From Vicugna vicugna (taxonomy: Eukaryota), in assembly GCA_013265495.1 (NCBI GenBank), contig MU058037.1, positions 683,498 through 747,497 of the forward strand: a DNA stretch of 64,000 bases. Direction: 5' to 3'. Shown here piece after piece: positions 50,603-64,000 of the stretch; position 1 is the first letter of the stretch; the number at the start of each line of letters is the position of its first letter. The translations under genes were made by a program, and so were the position numbers. The notes under the pieces were generated by a model. That model made no database searches. It was not told where the DNA came from and saw only the letters and a program-made list of their open reading frames with translations.

Positions 50603-53190
50603 TCTTTTTTTTTTTTTGCTACGTATTAAGCCATTTTTAGAATGGTTTTAAGTTCACAGCAAAATAAAGAAGGTACAGAGATTTCCTATAAGCCCCTGGC
50701 CCCTACACATGCATGGCTTTCCTGCTCATCAAAAACCCTCACCAGGGCGGTGCACTTGCTGCTGTTGATGAACCTACACAGACACGTCATGACTGCCTCA
50801 AGCCCATAGTTCACGTTAGATTTCATTCTTGGTGGTGCACAGTCTCTGGGTTTAGACAAATGTATAATTACGTGTATCCACCATTTTTGTATCATATGGA
50901 GTCATTTTTCTGCTCTAAAAGTTCACTGTGTTCCGCCTATTCATCCCTCCCTCCCTGCTAACCCTTGGCAACCACTGATCATTTTATTGTCTCCATAGTT
51001 TTGCCTTTTCCAGAATGTCATATAATTGGGACCCTACATTATGTAGCCTTTTCAAATTGGCTTCTTTCGCTTTGTAATATATATTAAAGTTTCCTCCATG
51101 GCTTTTTGTGACTTGATAGCTCGTTTCTTTTTACTATTGATTAATATTTCATTGAATATACCACAGTTTATCCTTTTACCTACTAAAGGACATCACATTT
51201 TTTGCAATTAAAAATAAAGCTGCTTTCAACATCCACAAACAGGTTTTTGTGTGGATGTAAGTTCACAACTCCTTTAGGAAGTGTACCAAGTAGCGTGATT
51301 TCCAGGTCACATGGTAGGAATATGTTTAGTTTTGTAAGAAACCTCCAAGCTGTCTTCCAAAGTAGCTGTACGATTTTGCCTTTCTACCAGTTATGAATGA
51401 GGGTTCCTGTTGCATTACATTCTTGCCAGCATTTGGTGTTGTCAGTGTTCTAGATTTTGACCATTCTAATAGTTGTGTAGTGGAATCTCATTGTTCTTTT
51501 AACTTGCATTTCCCTGATGACATATGATATGAAGCATTTTTTTCATAAGCTTATTTTCCATCTGTGTATCTTCTTTGGTGAGGTGTCTGCCAAGGACTTT
51601 GGCCCACTTCGTAATCAGGTGGTTTGTTTTTTATTATTGAATTTTAAGAATTCTTTGTACATACTGGATAACAGTTTTTTTTTTCACATATATTTCTTGC
51701 ATATTTTCTCCCAGTCTGTGGCCTATATTTTTATTCTCTTACCAATGTCTTTTGCAGAGCAGAAATTTTTAATTTTAATGAAATCCAGTTTATCAATTCT
51801 TTTTTTTATGGATCATGCCTTTGGTGTTTTATCTAAAATGTCATCACTAAACCTAAGGTCATCTAGTTTTCTCCTATGTTATATTCTAGGAGTTTTATAG
51901 TTCTGCATTTTTATTTAGATCTGTGATTCATTTTGAGTTACTTTTTGTGAAGGGTGTAAGATTGGTGTCTAGATTTTTTTTGCATGCAGATGTCCAGTTT
52001 TTCCAGCACCATTTGTTGAAAAATCTATCTTTGTTTCATTGTACTGCCTTTGCTCATTTGTTCTGGGTCTCTTTCTGGGCTCTTTATTCTGTTCCATAGA
52101 TCTGTCTGTTCTTTCACCAATTCCACACAGTCTTGATTACTGTAGCTTTATAATATAAAGGTTGAGTAGTGTCAATCCTCCAACTTTATTCTTTTTCAAT
52201 AATGTAGGTTTTTACTTCCCCATGCTGATATATATGAAGGAGATTGACTTTTGTATATTATTAACTTTATGTTCTTCAGCCTCACTATAATTGCTTATTT
52301 GTTCCAGGAGCTTTTTAATTGATTCTTTTAGATTTTCTACATACACAATTGTGTATCTGTGAACAAAGATAATTTCATGTCTTCCGTCCCAATCATTGTA
52401 TCTTTTATTTACCTTTATTACCTTATTGCATTAGCTAGAGTTCTCATTATGATATGAAAAAGGAGTGATGAGAGGGAATATCCTTGCTTTGTTCCTGATC
52501 TTAATGAGAAAGTTTCTCATTTCTCAACATTAATTATGATATTAGCTGTAGGTTTTTTGTAGATATTCTTTATCAAGTTGAGGAAGTTCTCCTCTATTAC
52601 TGTTTTACTGAGGGTTTTATCACAAATGAGTGTTGGGTTTTTAAGTTTGTCATTATCAAAACTGAAAATAACGTTATTAAAGTCTTTCAGCTTGGGATTA
52701 GATAAACAAACCAAGGTTTGGCCACACGGTGGAATACTATGTTACAATGAAAAAGAACTATTTTTTATTTTCTAAAGTATTCCCCCTTATTACTTTGAAG
52801 TTTCTTTTGCATATTTCTACTGAACAAATACATTTATTTCATATATTTCTCTTCAAAGATTCTGTCTAGTACTTTTAACTGTAGACAGGGACTAACATCT
52901 GCAAATTCAGCTTTTAAAATAATTTTTCTGAATCTATTGATATAATCATGTGGCTTCTCTCTAGCCTGTTGATGTGATTGATTACATTAATTAATTTTCA
53001 ACTGTTCAGTGAGCTTTGCATACCTGGAATAAATCCCATTTGGTCATGGTGCATAATTCTTTATATTCATTGTTGGATTCAGTTTGTAATATTTTGTTGA
53101 GGACGTTTACTTCTATGTTCATGAGAGATATTTGTCTTTAGTTTTCTTTTCTTGTAATATTTTTGTCTAGTTTTGGTATTAGGGTAATTT
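50603..53190 (-). mobile_element. L1MC/MD-like element, 3' UTR plus decayed ORF2
   Basis: Poly-T at 50605; gatgaacctacacagacacgtcat..catagttcacgttag; reverse ORF2 peptide IEENFLNLIKNIYKKPTANIIINVEK (ORF 52517-52714). Confidence 0.9.
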
Positions 53191-55337
53191 TTTTTTCACA
53201 TACCCTTCAGTCTCACTCACACTCCTGGTTCCAGAAATACCAGCATTGCTGATTACTCAGTAAAAGTCTGTTGCTTCTTAGCTTTTCCCACTATCAGCTT
53301 AGGATTCAGCTTTCCTAGGTCTGCTGGGAAAGATTCTACTCATCTATGTGGTTTCACACTTTAAGATTTCGTTTCTGTTGTCTTCTCTTTAATTCCCTTT
53401 TTCTTTGTAGGTCTATGCCTTTAAAACTCCTTTACTGCTGTTTAAGTTGGCTTTGGGGGAAAAGTAGATGTAAATGCATATGTTCAATCTGCCACTTTAC
53501 CAAGACATCTGGAGATACAATTTTCCAGTCTCCAAACTGGCACAAAGAAATTAAAGTGTGATTATGCCCAGTTTTGGTGAAAGTGTGAAACAATTGGAAC
53601 ATTTATATACTGCTGATGGAAGTATAAATTGGTATAGATATACATGTAATTTAGTAGACTAATATGTATTAGTATATAAATATTAATATTAATTAGCATT
53701 ACTGCTTTAGGAAACAGGATTAAATTGAGAGATGTCTATAATCAATAGCCCAGAAACTTTATCATAAAAAATACTTCAAACATGGAAAATTACATGTATA
53801 TATATATATATAGTAAGAATACAATAATAAAAAACACCCATACACCCATGACCCAGCCTAATAAAATGAATATTATGAAATAAGTGAAGCTCCCTGCATG
53901 TCTATCCCTTTTCACAGACATTCCCTTCTTTTAGCTCTGGAAGTAATCACCAACTTGAAAGAGGTATAATTTGTGAAAGCAATTGAACTAAACATAAGTA
54001 GCCTTAGAATGTATTTCCCTTAAAGTGATATTTCTGCACCTGAATGAAGAACATTAAGTTCCAGTATTTTTAAAGAGTTTAGAAAATAAATGCAGCATTT
54101 TGCATCACCTTTTATTTTATATATCAAATACAGATATTTTTTCAAGATGGAAAAGTAACACAAAATGACTCTTTGGCCATCCTACAGAATAACCTTTAAG
54201 ACTGTCTTGATACAGTTGTAGTGGTACCAGTGAAGTTTTTTAATCCCAGAAGACTGACGAAATCTAGTCTGTGTTTTCCATCCTTTAAAGACATAGAACA
54301 TTTCTGCAAGAGACTGCCTTAAGGAAAAACAGCACTCTGCTTTCAACTGCCGAAGTAGAAGAGTTTCCTGTAACTCCCAAACTGTCTTCATTTGTTTTAT
54401 TTTATAACTGCTTTGAATACTTTTAAAAAGTAACAAAGTGATTCAAAAGAGCAGAAGTGGCAACAACTGTATTGTCCATTCTGGTCATATTCTCCAAACT
54501 AAATGTCAGTTCATGCCCTTGTTAGCGCTCAAAGGGAGCAATTCTGGTGCAAAGCTTGATTACATAAATATCTTTAAATTATGTACGAAGTGTTCACTGA
54601 ACCATTCTGAAAGCTCCAATTAAATCCACAGTTAATTCTTACCTCATACGAATGGGGAAATATAAAATATATTCTCAAGCATAAAAAGTGTCCAGTTTCA
54701 GATGCATGACCTATTCATTCATTATCTTCTCCTTTATAACTGAAAAGTAACATTTGTTTGTTTCTTTAATTTCCCCAACTTAAAAAAAATAAATAAAATT
54801 CTTAAAAGAGTTTAAACACTTTATACCAAATACATGTTTGTTAGTTTGAAAGAGATGCTAGAAAATATTTTCAGTGTCAGTTAAAGTGATACAATTTTCC
54901 AATTATAATTTTCCAACTGCCTCTCTTTTTTGGAGATTCTTGAAAGGTTTCCATCTTTTTGAATTAGTATGCAAAGTCCTAAGCTGTATCAGCTTAGAGT
55001 TTTGGATGGTGGTATTTTAATTTCCTGTGAGAGTTACATTTAATTCGTGTATATATGTACCTCATAATCCTCTTCTGGAAAGGAACCTCAATCTGGGCTA
55101 AAGGGAAAGGTATAATTCTAAGGGAGAACGAATCTGAGTTTGGGGCCAAAATTTCTACTTCCAAGTAAAGATATCAGAGCATAACAGGATCGTATCATCT
55201 TCCTCCTCAGGCATACAAATGCCAATAATAATATACGAATACTGATAATAGATAACATTTATTCCAGTTGCATGCACTTCCATCACTTTAAATGCATCAG
55301 TTCATTTAATCACCGCAAAGACTCTATGAGGCAAGTG

Positions 55338-55785
55338 AGCTAGATTGTCTTTTGTCAGCTTGTCCATCACCATCCTTTTCTAACTTCTCCTAGTGCATTG
55401 CAGAGGAGAAAATGGGAACGTCATTTTCCAGAATGCCCTCTTTGTACTTGGTTTCAGTGTTGAGTCTGCCAAAAGGAGATCTGAAGAGATGTGTGAACAG
55501 ACATAAAGTTCACAGAGCTTCTAGGGGGGATCCCTTGAGGATTGCTCACCTCACTGCAGCAGATTAAGGTGGTTGCTGGCATCTTCCAGGGATTCTTTAC
55601 ATTGCAGCAGTTTCCAAGTTAGCTCTTAAGCACCACTTGCTTGGGTTCTTCTATCAAGACTTTTGCTGATCACTTCCCTGAACTTTGCTCCCAGATCATC
55701 CAAAGTTTATATAAGTTTTTCATTTTCTGTATTACATCCATTCATACTTGAAACACATAGAGCACCTTCTGTTTTCCTGGCTGTA
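55338..55785 (+). mobile_element. Ancient ERV-type solo LTR, apparently the same family as 1995-2405
   Basis: Follows a MIR fragment (55240-55335); cattttccagaatgccct and ttctgtattacatcc..agagcaccttctgttttcctg resemble the reverse of 1995-2405. Confidence 0.5.
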
Positions 55786-56239
55786 AGTGGAAAGAAGAAA
55801 GTGCCGTTGGGACTTGACATCTTTCAAGGTGCACATCTACGTCTGGAGTATAAGCCAGATCCCATGGGAGTAGAGAAGAACACTGGACCGGTTGGGTGGA
55901 GGAAGCCCTGAATACATAATAAGGTATAATTAAGAGAGTAAGAGCACAAATTTCCCCCAATAACTAACCACAGCCAGTTCTACCTAAGTTTTCCTTATCC
56001 TCTTCTGCCAGGATTGCCAGCTACATAAAAATGCATAGATAGGAACATGTAGCCATAATACCGTTGCACTAAGTGGGTGAAAAACAACTGTCCTTACTCA
56101 AGAAGAAATCACCTACAGTGTATTCAAGCTAATAGAAGTTCGTCGCCAGTGATTCTGAAAGGTGGGGTAGGTTCTACCACCTCCTGGGGTATGTTGGGAA
56201 ACACTCTGTGACTCTGTTGTGAGCTTTGTTGCTTTTTAT

Positions 56240-56404
56240 GTATGGCCTCACTCAAAAATTGTGCAACTTCACTTTCATTGAACTCTTTTGGCTATAAGCA
56301 AGTCACAGAGACTACTAGCCCAGATTCAAGGGGATGGGATATACAGTTCCTTCCCTCCATGGGAAATGTGTCAAAGAATTTGCAGCCATGTTTTAAGACT
56401 ATCA
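56240..56404 (-). mobile_element. MaLR LTR 5' fragment (MLT1G/H-like)
   Basis: aagcaagtcacag..gcccagattcaagggga..gtgtcaaagaatttgcagccatgttttaa. Confidence 0.7.
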
Positions 56405-56409
56405 GACTA

Positions 56410-56637
56410 TTCTATCTAAAATTACTCTCAGCCTCGACATCCCTTATCTCCCTTCTCTCGCTTATTTTTTTACAAAGTATTTTATTATATATTATATATA
56501 TATGCCCTCCCTCATCAGAATGTAAGCTCCATGAGGACAGGGATTATTCTGTTTTATTTACCAGTGTCTCCTCAGCACCTAACACAATGCCTGCTACACA
56601 GAAAGCAGTCAGGTATTTGTACAATGAATGAATGAAT
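56410..56637 (+). mobile_element. L2 3' end
   Basis: agaatgtaagctccatgaggacaggga..cagcacctaacacaatgcctg..aatgaatgaatgaat. Confidence 0.85.
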
Positions 56638-57510
56638 TTCTCCATGTGAACTTGTAATATCTCAGTGCTAGTTTTGTAGCTTTCCTGAGTTTTCAATTGA
56701 TAGTTGCTCTAATAATGCTGCCAGCAAAATAGAGGACCAGCAAGTCATTATGTAGTGAATTTGATTAAAATAACCTAGTCATGAACTTGGATAACTAAAG
56801 CCAAGTTTTTTTTCCTGTTAAATTGGAAATTATTTGCTGATTGTTCCAATAAGGCCCTCAGCCCTTATTGATTCATATTTGTATTATTCACTTATTTCTA
56901 AATGTAATTGAGTTGGCTTCCAATAAAAAATGCCTTGTCCCTTTCTCTTTGTAATCCAGGGAAATAAACAAATCTAGTGTCATTCCAAGGAAGTGAAACA
57001 GGAGAAGACAAGTCAGGGTTGTGCTCATTGTTAGGTGAAGTAATGTGAGCTACATTCTGAATGCAGTCAGTCAGTAAAAGGCTAATGTAAAATGAGCTTC
57101 AAAAATGAGATCATGGTATCACAAAAGGCAGTTGAATGATTTTGCCAGTGGTTATCTCCAGTCATTCCCATCACTATTTCTGGAGATCAATCATGTTGCT
57201 ACCACTATCAACCTATAGTAACTTTGTCGTCCAGACCTGGATGTTTTAACTTGACCAAGTTAGAACAAATGCATTTCTCACTATTGCACAGATGTGCTAT
57301 AATTGGGCAACTGTGAAGAATTTAGGCAACTAGGTAAATCTGTAAAATGAATATTGGATGCAAGCACAGACACACACACATACACACATGCATCTGGGAT
57401 TTGGTAAGGTTCTGTGCCTTCTAACTATAAAACATGTGACAAAGACTGTTAACCCCTGTGAGCCTCTGCTTCCTCATCTGTAAAATGTCGATCACAACAT
57501 CTTCCTCTTA

Positions 57511-58030
57511 AGTTGTGGTATATTTATACAATGGAATGCTGCTCAGCCATTTGAAAAAGAATAAAATAATGCCATTTGCAGCAACATGAATGTACCTGGA
57601 AATTGTTATTCTAAGTGAAGTCAGCCAGAAAGAGAAAGAAAAATACCGCATGATATCACTCATATGTGGTATCTGAAAAAAAAAGAAAAAAGAGAACACT
57701 GATGAACTCATCTACAAAACAGAAACAGACTCGCAGGCATAGTAAACAATCTTATGGTTACCAGGGGAAAGGGGGTGGGAAGGGATAAATTTAGGTGTTT
57801 GAGATTTGCAAATGTTAACCACTGTATATAAAAATAGATAAAAACAAATTTCTTCTGTATAGCACAGGGAACTAAATTCAATATCATGTAATAGCCTTTA
57901 ATGAAAAAGTATATGATAACAAATATATGTATATATATGCATGATTGGGACATTATGCTGTACACTAGAAATTGACACATTGTAACTGACTATACTGCTA
58001 TTAAAAAAATAAATAAAAGCAACAAAAAAG
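57511..58030 (+). mobile_element. 5'-truncated lineage L1: end of ORF2, 3' UTR and A-tail
   Basis: tggtatatttatacaatggaat..aatgccatttgcagcaacatg..ctaagtgaagtcagccaga..tacaaaacagaaacagactc..ggttaccagggg..gcacagggaact. Confidence 0.93.
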
Positions 58031-60512
58031 AAATGGGGTTTATGCCTACGACCCAGGCCTCTCCAGTCTGATGTTACAGTCACAACCTCCTGAGGCCACT
58101 ATGTATCAGGAACAAGCTGTAAATCTGGGAAGATGAAAGGGATCCCCGTTCCCATGTCTTGACCAAAGATACCTGCACCATTCTGCAGATATTTTCAAAT
58201 TCATTTTCTCATCTTTCTAGCCACAGGGGTAATACGGATTGTTTCACTGAAAGAAAACTGTGGGGTTTCACCCTGCTGTGAGTAGTTATGTTCTTTAAAC
58301 TTTATGGGAATATGTATAGTTGTGGAGTTTAAATCTCCCTTGAGTCGTTTCTTTGTCTGCCTTGGCATGCTCTGCGCTGGGATTTTCCAGCTGCATACTA
58401 ATGAGCTGAATGATGAGGGAAGAAGCTGCTCAAGAAAGGCACCATCGCTTGACTCCACAGCTATGTGACACTAATGCCTGTATCGATTACCTCTGGTTAA
58501 AAAGCCCTACCCTCCTTGCATGACTAAGTTTTGACACTGAATGTGTACCTACATTTAGTCAATCCCTCCTTTTTTTAAAAAAAAAAAAAGGAAGATAACG
58601 AGGTTTAATTACTCTCTTGCTATAAGAAAGCATTTCCAATTACTGCTCAAATATAAATGAAACTGACAAAAGTTTTATTCAGGATTTCAAGTCCCTCCCC
58701 AAATCGTGTGTGTCCTAGAATGATACAGTTCTGATTCGTTTATAATGAGATGCTGTGCATGGAGCGTGCTCAGGTTTAAAAGAAAACAAGCTTTGCAGTA
58801 TAGCTCTGGGTTCTGGGAAACACAGGTTAAAAGTCAATTGAGATCAGAGCTATAATTTATTTTGCTCCAGTTACTTTCTCTTTGAATGCATCAGTACTAA
58901 GAAAGCAAATATGAAAGATTTTAAGACTGTAAAACTAGATCCAATTTTTTTTTTCCTTAATGCTAGGAAAACACACCACAAATAAAAAACCAAAAGCTTG
59001 GTCTTTTATCTCCAAAACCCAAGGACATAGTGCATTTTTTTCAAAAGAGTTTTAATGTGTCCCTCTGTACTAATTGGGTTCTCTCTGTAGCCTTAAAGCA
59101 GAGAATCAAATTCTCAGGGGCTCCCATTAGTAAAGCCTGATATTAAAACATCAGATGTAAACTAAAGACATTTATAATTTATTTGTCATTTGTATCTATT
59201 TTTCATAAAAGCCCACTACTCTTTATTCCTTCCAGCAGCTTTCTTATGTGCTTTGTAAAAACCATTCATAGGAATACTCTGTTTCATTGAGAAATACTTT
59301 AACCACTCCATCAAAGATAGAGGACCACTGCTTCACCTATCATTTCCACCATGTTTAATTGAGGAGTAATCTGGATTCTGATTAATGAATAGCCTGACAT
59401 GCTGTTACTACTTTCAACCCTTCACCTATCTCTATCTGTGATTTTTATGTGTTTTGATTGACATATATATAACTGAATGGATAATTGATTATTTCTGCGG
59501 CTAGTGTGATGGAGATTGATTTTGCAGCCACAAGGTAACTTTGGAAAAGTAATTCACTAAAGAAACATGTTTCAGAGTCCAATTACATCTATTTCCTGCT
59601 TCTAAATATGCTTTATTTTTCTAAGCCCACATTATATACATAAGTCAGGTACAAAGTAAAACTACCTTTAGGTTTTGGAACCTTTTATGTGGGCTTGAAT
59701 TTCAGGCAGAAATTAAAGTGTAGGGATATAATCACTGAGCCATTTGAAAGGGTGAATTTTACCCCTCCTCCTTGACAAACATGGGTAATGCTTTACCAGG
59801 GACCCAAAAAATGCTACCAAAATTCTGTGGAAGGTGTATTTACATAATGCGTCTTTTAACAAGAGAATGAGTGAGGGCATACGCAACAATGCTGGCATGA
59901 TGTTCTCTCCCTCTTGTCAGTTATCCTTGAGTCACCCTGCAGTTTAAGCTTTAGGTCAATAAAATGAATTTCAAAGCAGAAGCCTTCAGCACTATGAAGG
60001 AATTAACTCTGTGGGGTTGCTTCAAAAAAGCAATGAATTTTCCATTGCTTTTACCTTGTGCAATAAATTTTTTTCTAATTTTTGTCTGCTATCAGAAGGG
60101 TCCCTTATTCTCATTTAATTCCATTTCTTGATAAGAATTCATTTCTATAAATAAATGCTTCTCTTCCTTAAGTGTAATAAAATTGGGAATAAATTGCAGT
60201 TTTTAAAGCAAAAGATATATGTAATGAATCCCTATCAAATATCTGCAAGTAACTGTTTGGAGTTGAAGATCACAATATTTTATGTATTTCTTTCCAGTTT
60301 CCTATGCCATGAAATACGCTGTCTTCCCATGCCGAAAGATATTAATTTTGCATGGAGGGGAATCAGGCTTTAAACTCACTCTTTGATAATTGGGAATAAT
60401 CGAAAACCATCTTGTTATCTTACGTTAACAAATCCACTTTTTTTTATCCTTCCACAAAACAATGTGCAAACCAATCACTTCCTTTTTCATTTACTTAAAG
60501 TAGGGTCAGCAA

Positions 60513-63500
60513 AGTTTTTTTTAAGTTTTTATTTTAGAACAATTTTAGATGTACAGAAAAATTACAAAGAGAGTACAGAGAGTTCCCATATACCCTACAC
60601 CCAGCTTCCCCTATTATTAATGTATTACATTACACGATTCCTTTGTTACAATTAATGAACCAATATTGACATGATTATAAATTAAAGTCCATACTTCATT
60701 CAGACTTCTTTAATTTGTACCTAATGTCCTTTTTCAGTTCCAAGATCCCATCAAAGATACCACAGTACATTTAGTCATCATGTCTCCTTGGACTCCTGTA
60801 AGTTGTGACAGTTGCTCAGAGTCCCTTGTTTTTGATGGCCTTGAGAATTTTGAGGATGACTGATTAGATATTTCGTATATATAATGTTCCTTGATTGGGA
60901 TTTGTCTCATGTTTTCTTATGATTAGTCTGAGGCTTCAGGCTTTTGGAAGGAAGATCACAGAGGTGAAGTGCTATTTTCATCACGTAGTATCCTGGTGAC
61001 AGTTTACTATCAATATGACCTCACTCTTGATGTTGACCATGATCACTTGACTAGTGTTTGTGTCCACTCTAAAGTTACTCTTCTTTTCTTCTTTCTAAAT
61101 TTTCTGTACTATGATTTTTAGAAGGAAATCACCATGTGCAGCCCACACTTAAGGAGTAGGAAGTAAGACTACATTATTTGAAGATAGAATATCTACATAA
61201 GTTATTTGGAATTCTGCATGGGTAATTTGTCTTTTCTCCTCCATTTAGTTATTCAAATACATATTTCTATATCTATATACGTATCTCTCTATATATATGT
61301 ATGTATATACATATCAGTATGAACTTGTGCATATTTATATTATATTTTGGGTTCTAATCCAGTATTTATGTCTTTATGTATTTGCTTATTTGCTCAAATT
61401 GTTTCAGCTTTGGTCATTTGAAGCTCTTTCAAATCTCCTTTTGAAAAGGACTCTTGCTTCTATGTTGGTTTGACATATTCAAATATCCAAATCATTATGG
61501 ACTGCTTTTTTTTCTTTTTTGAGAACTTGCTTACGTTCTGGCATTATAAGATGCTCCAGTCTCATCTTCTGTTTTGCCTGCCCAAGTCCTAGAATCAGCC
61601 ATTTCTCTAAGGGGCCCTAGTTCCTTCTTATGAAGAATGGTATTAGAAACCAAGAGCTAGGTGCCAGGTGTGCTTACTGCTACTGAGGTATTAGTGCTCC
61701 TATGTTCTCTTAACTGACAGAGGAAAGGAATATGTGTATGTATCCTAATCTGGGCATATACACATATCTATAATTATTTCTATATGTAACTATTCTGTAT
61801 CTATATTAACCTGAACATGAGTTAATACTGATGTCCCTATCTCTAATCAATTATCAGAAAAATCATTCTAGCCTCCTTCCCTTGCTTAACTGTAAACTCC
61901 CACTCCAACATTGAGAAACCTGGCTCCTACCATCTCCTGTCTGTTTACTTCATTGTTCATTTTCAGTATAAATATACAGTGGTATAGAATTCTTAATACA
62001 TACCTCTATAGTAAAAATTCTGTCAACAAGATTGGAGTGAGCATGTGTAGTTTCTTATGCCTTGAGTGTTATGGAGTCTACTCATTCCCAAGTTACTCAG
62101 GTCACTACTTGCTCCCCCACCCACTTCAGTGAAGTTGTTTCATACATTTGGAATGCATTTAGATTATCTTGTCACATTATGCATTCTCTCCTGACATTCC
62201 TTGACCTTCTAAATGATTTTGTTTTCAATTTGGATACATTAAGTTTCACTCTGTGCTGCAGATTTCCATGGATTTTGACAAATTCACGTGTCATATTTCC
62301 ACTATTATAATATCACACAGAATAGTTCCACTTCCCTAAAAAAAACTTTCCCTGTGCTTCATCTGTTCAACCCTGGAAGCCATAGGACAATTTAATCTCT
62401 CTATAGTTTTGCCTTTTTCAGAAAGTTACATAATTGGGAACTATATAGTATTGAAATAAGTTTGGCTCCTTTAGTTTCCAGTATGCATTTAAGATTCATC
62501 CATGTCTTTTCATGGCTTGATAGCTCATATCTTTTTATCATTGAATAATATTCTATTATATCAATGTATGAAGGTTTGTTTATCCATTCACCTATTGATG
62601 ATCCTGATTGTTTGCAGTTTTTCAGCAAATATAAATAAAGCTGCTGTAAACCTTCTCATGCCCATTTTTATGTAGACATAAGTTTTCAAATTAAGTTGGT
62701 AAATACCTAGGAGTATGATGGCTGGATCATATGATAAGACTATGCTTAGCTTTGCAAGACACTGTCTTCAAAGTAGCTATAACATTACTCAGCAATGACT
62801 GAGACTTCCTGTTATTCCACATCCTCACCAGCTGTTGGTATTGTCAATTTTTTTATTCTAGCCATTTTTTCCAGCTTTATTGAGATATATTTGACATACT
62901 GTGAAAGTTAAAGGTATACAGCGTGATGATTTGATACACATTTATATTGTGAAAGGATTATCACAATAAGGTTAGTTAACATATCCATTACCTCACATTG
63001 TTACCTTTTTTGTGTGTGGTGGAAACATTTAAGATCTACTCTCTGAGTAACTTTCAAGTGTACGATACAGTATTGTTAACTATTTAACCATACTGTACAT
63101 TGGGTCCCCAGAATTTACTCATCTAGTCATTCTAATAGGTGTGTAGTAGTATCACATTTTTGTTTTAATATGCAGATCCCTAATGACTAATGAGAGTGAG
63201 CATCTTTTCATGTGCTTATTTACCAACTGTATATCTTCTTTGTTAAGATGTCCTTCAGATCTTTAGTCCAGCAGAAGTTTTTTAATTCAATTAAGTCCAA
63301 CTTTGCAATTTTTTTCTTTTGTAGATTGTACTTTAATGTTGTATCTAAAAATGTGTCACCAAACGCAAGATCACCTTGAGTTTCTCCCATATTTCCTTCT
63401 ATAAGTTTTATAGTTCTCTGTTTTATATTCAAGTCTATGATCCACTTTTATTTAATTTTTATGAAAGTTATTGGGTCTTTCGCTAGATGATTGATGACGA

Positions 63501-64000
63501 CGATGATGATGATACAGATGGATGCCCAGTTATTCCATCACCATTTGTTTAAAAAACTATTTTTTATTCATTGAATTGCCTTTAACCTACGTCAAAGATC
63601 AGTTGACTGTATTTGTATGGGTATATTTCTGGGGTCTCTATTCTGCTCCATTCATCTATCTGCTTGTTATTTTACTAGTACCATGCTGTCTTGATTATTG
63701 TAGCTTTATAGTAAGCCCTGAAGTTGGGTATTGTGAGTCCTCCAGGTTGTTCTTGTTCTTCAGTATTATGTTGGCTATTCTAGGTCATTTGTATTTCTAC
63801 ATAAACTTTAGAATGAAACTGTCAATATCTACAAAATGGCTTTTTGGGATTTGGATGGGGATTGTATTGAATCTATAGATCAATTTAGGAAGAAGTTACA
63901 TCTTAATAATCCTAAGTCTTTCAATCCATGTACATGGAATATCTCTCCATTTATTGAGATAATTTTTGTTTCTTTCTTTAGAGTTTTGTAGTTTTCTGCA
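60513..64000 (-). mobile_element. L1MC/MD-like element (long 3' UTR plus ORF2 end), runs off the window
   Basis: gtacagagagttcccatatacc..gttacaattaatgaaccaatattgac..; reverse ORF2 peptides GEWINK..IIEYYS..ELSSHEKTWMNLKCI and TIKLIEGNMGE..KLDLIELKNFC. Confidence 0.9.
62867..63121 (-). mobile_element. Younger L1MA-type 3' end nested in the L1MC/MD element
   Basis: ccagctttattgagatata..gttagttaacatatccattacctcaca..ttaagatctactctc; TSD tctagccatt 62857-66 / tctagtcatt 63122-31. Confidence 0.85.

Noticed and set aside
58201..58458. 85-aa minus-strand ORF (..KKRLKGDLN..)
   Set aside because: It has a non-ATG start and no recognisable domain; the resemblance to the CR1/L3 'RRLRGDL' motif is too short to support a call.
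1..64000. CRISPR arrays, operons or prokaryotic defence systems
   Set aside because: The sequence is mammalian and repeat-rich, with no regularly spaced repeat-spacer array and no long ORFs.

Overview
This is an AT-rich, CpG-poor mammalian window with no protein-coding exon, RNA gene or CpG island that I can support, so it is intergenic or deep-intronic. Five copies of a tRNA-Ala(AGC)-derived SINE (GGGGAGGGTATAGCTCA(A)GTGGTAGA...CTTAGCAT...GGTTCAATCCCCAGTACCTCC...AAACCTAATTACCTCCC-polyA) resemble the camelid vic-1-type SINE. With the artiodactyl-type L1 3' ends, they point to a camel/alpaca/llama-type genome (inference). Much of the window is decayed transposable elements: L2, MIR, old L1M, lineage L1, MaLR/ERVL solo LTRs, Tigger and hAT-Charlie MITEs. 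The ORFs with recognisable protein similarity are TE remnants (L1 ORF2, Tigger7 transposase). The most unusual object is a 361-bp TSD-flanked 'mini-L1' at 46055-46415 (-). In it the extreme L1 5' end, with an intact YY1 site, is fused directly to the last ~195 nt of the L1 3' UTR and A-tail, with both ORFs absent. It is a candidate bipartite non-autonomous or spliced L1 derivative. Other notable items: a non-tandem local duplication inside an L2, a SINE tail that has become a hairpin plus tandem repeat, a 133-bp polyadenylated retro-insert inside L1 ORF2, motif-dense unique stretches, and a 132-N gap with duplicated flanks. Family names come from recalled consensus similarity, not a database search; boundaries without TSD/TIR evidence are approximate.
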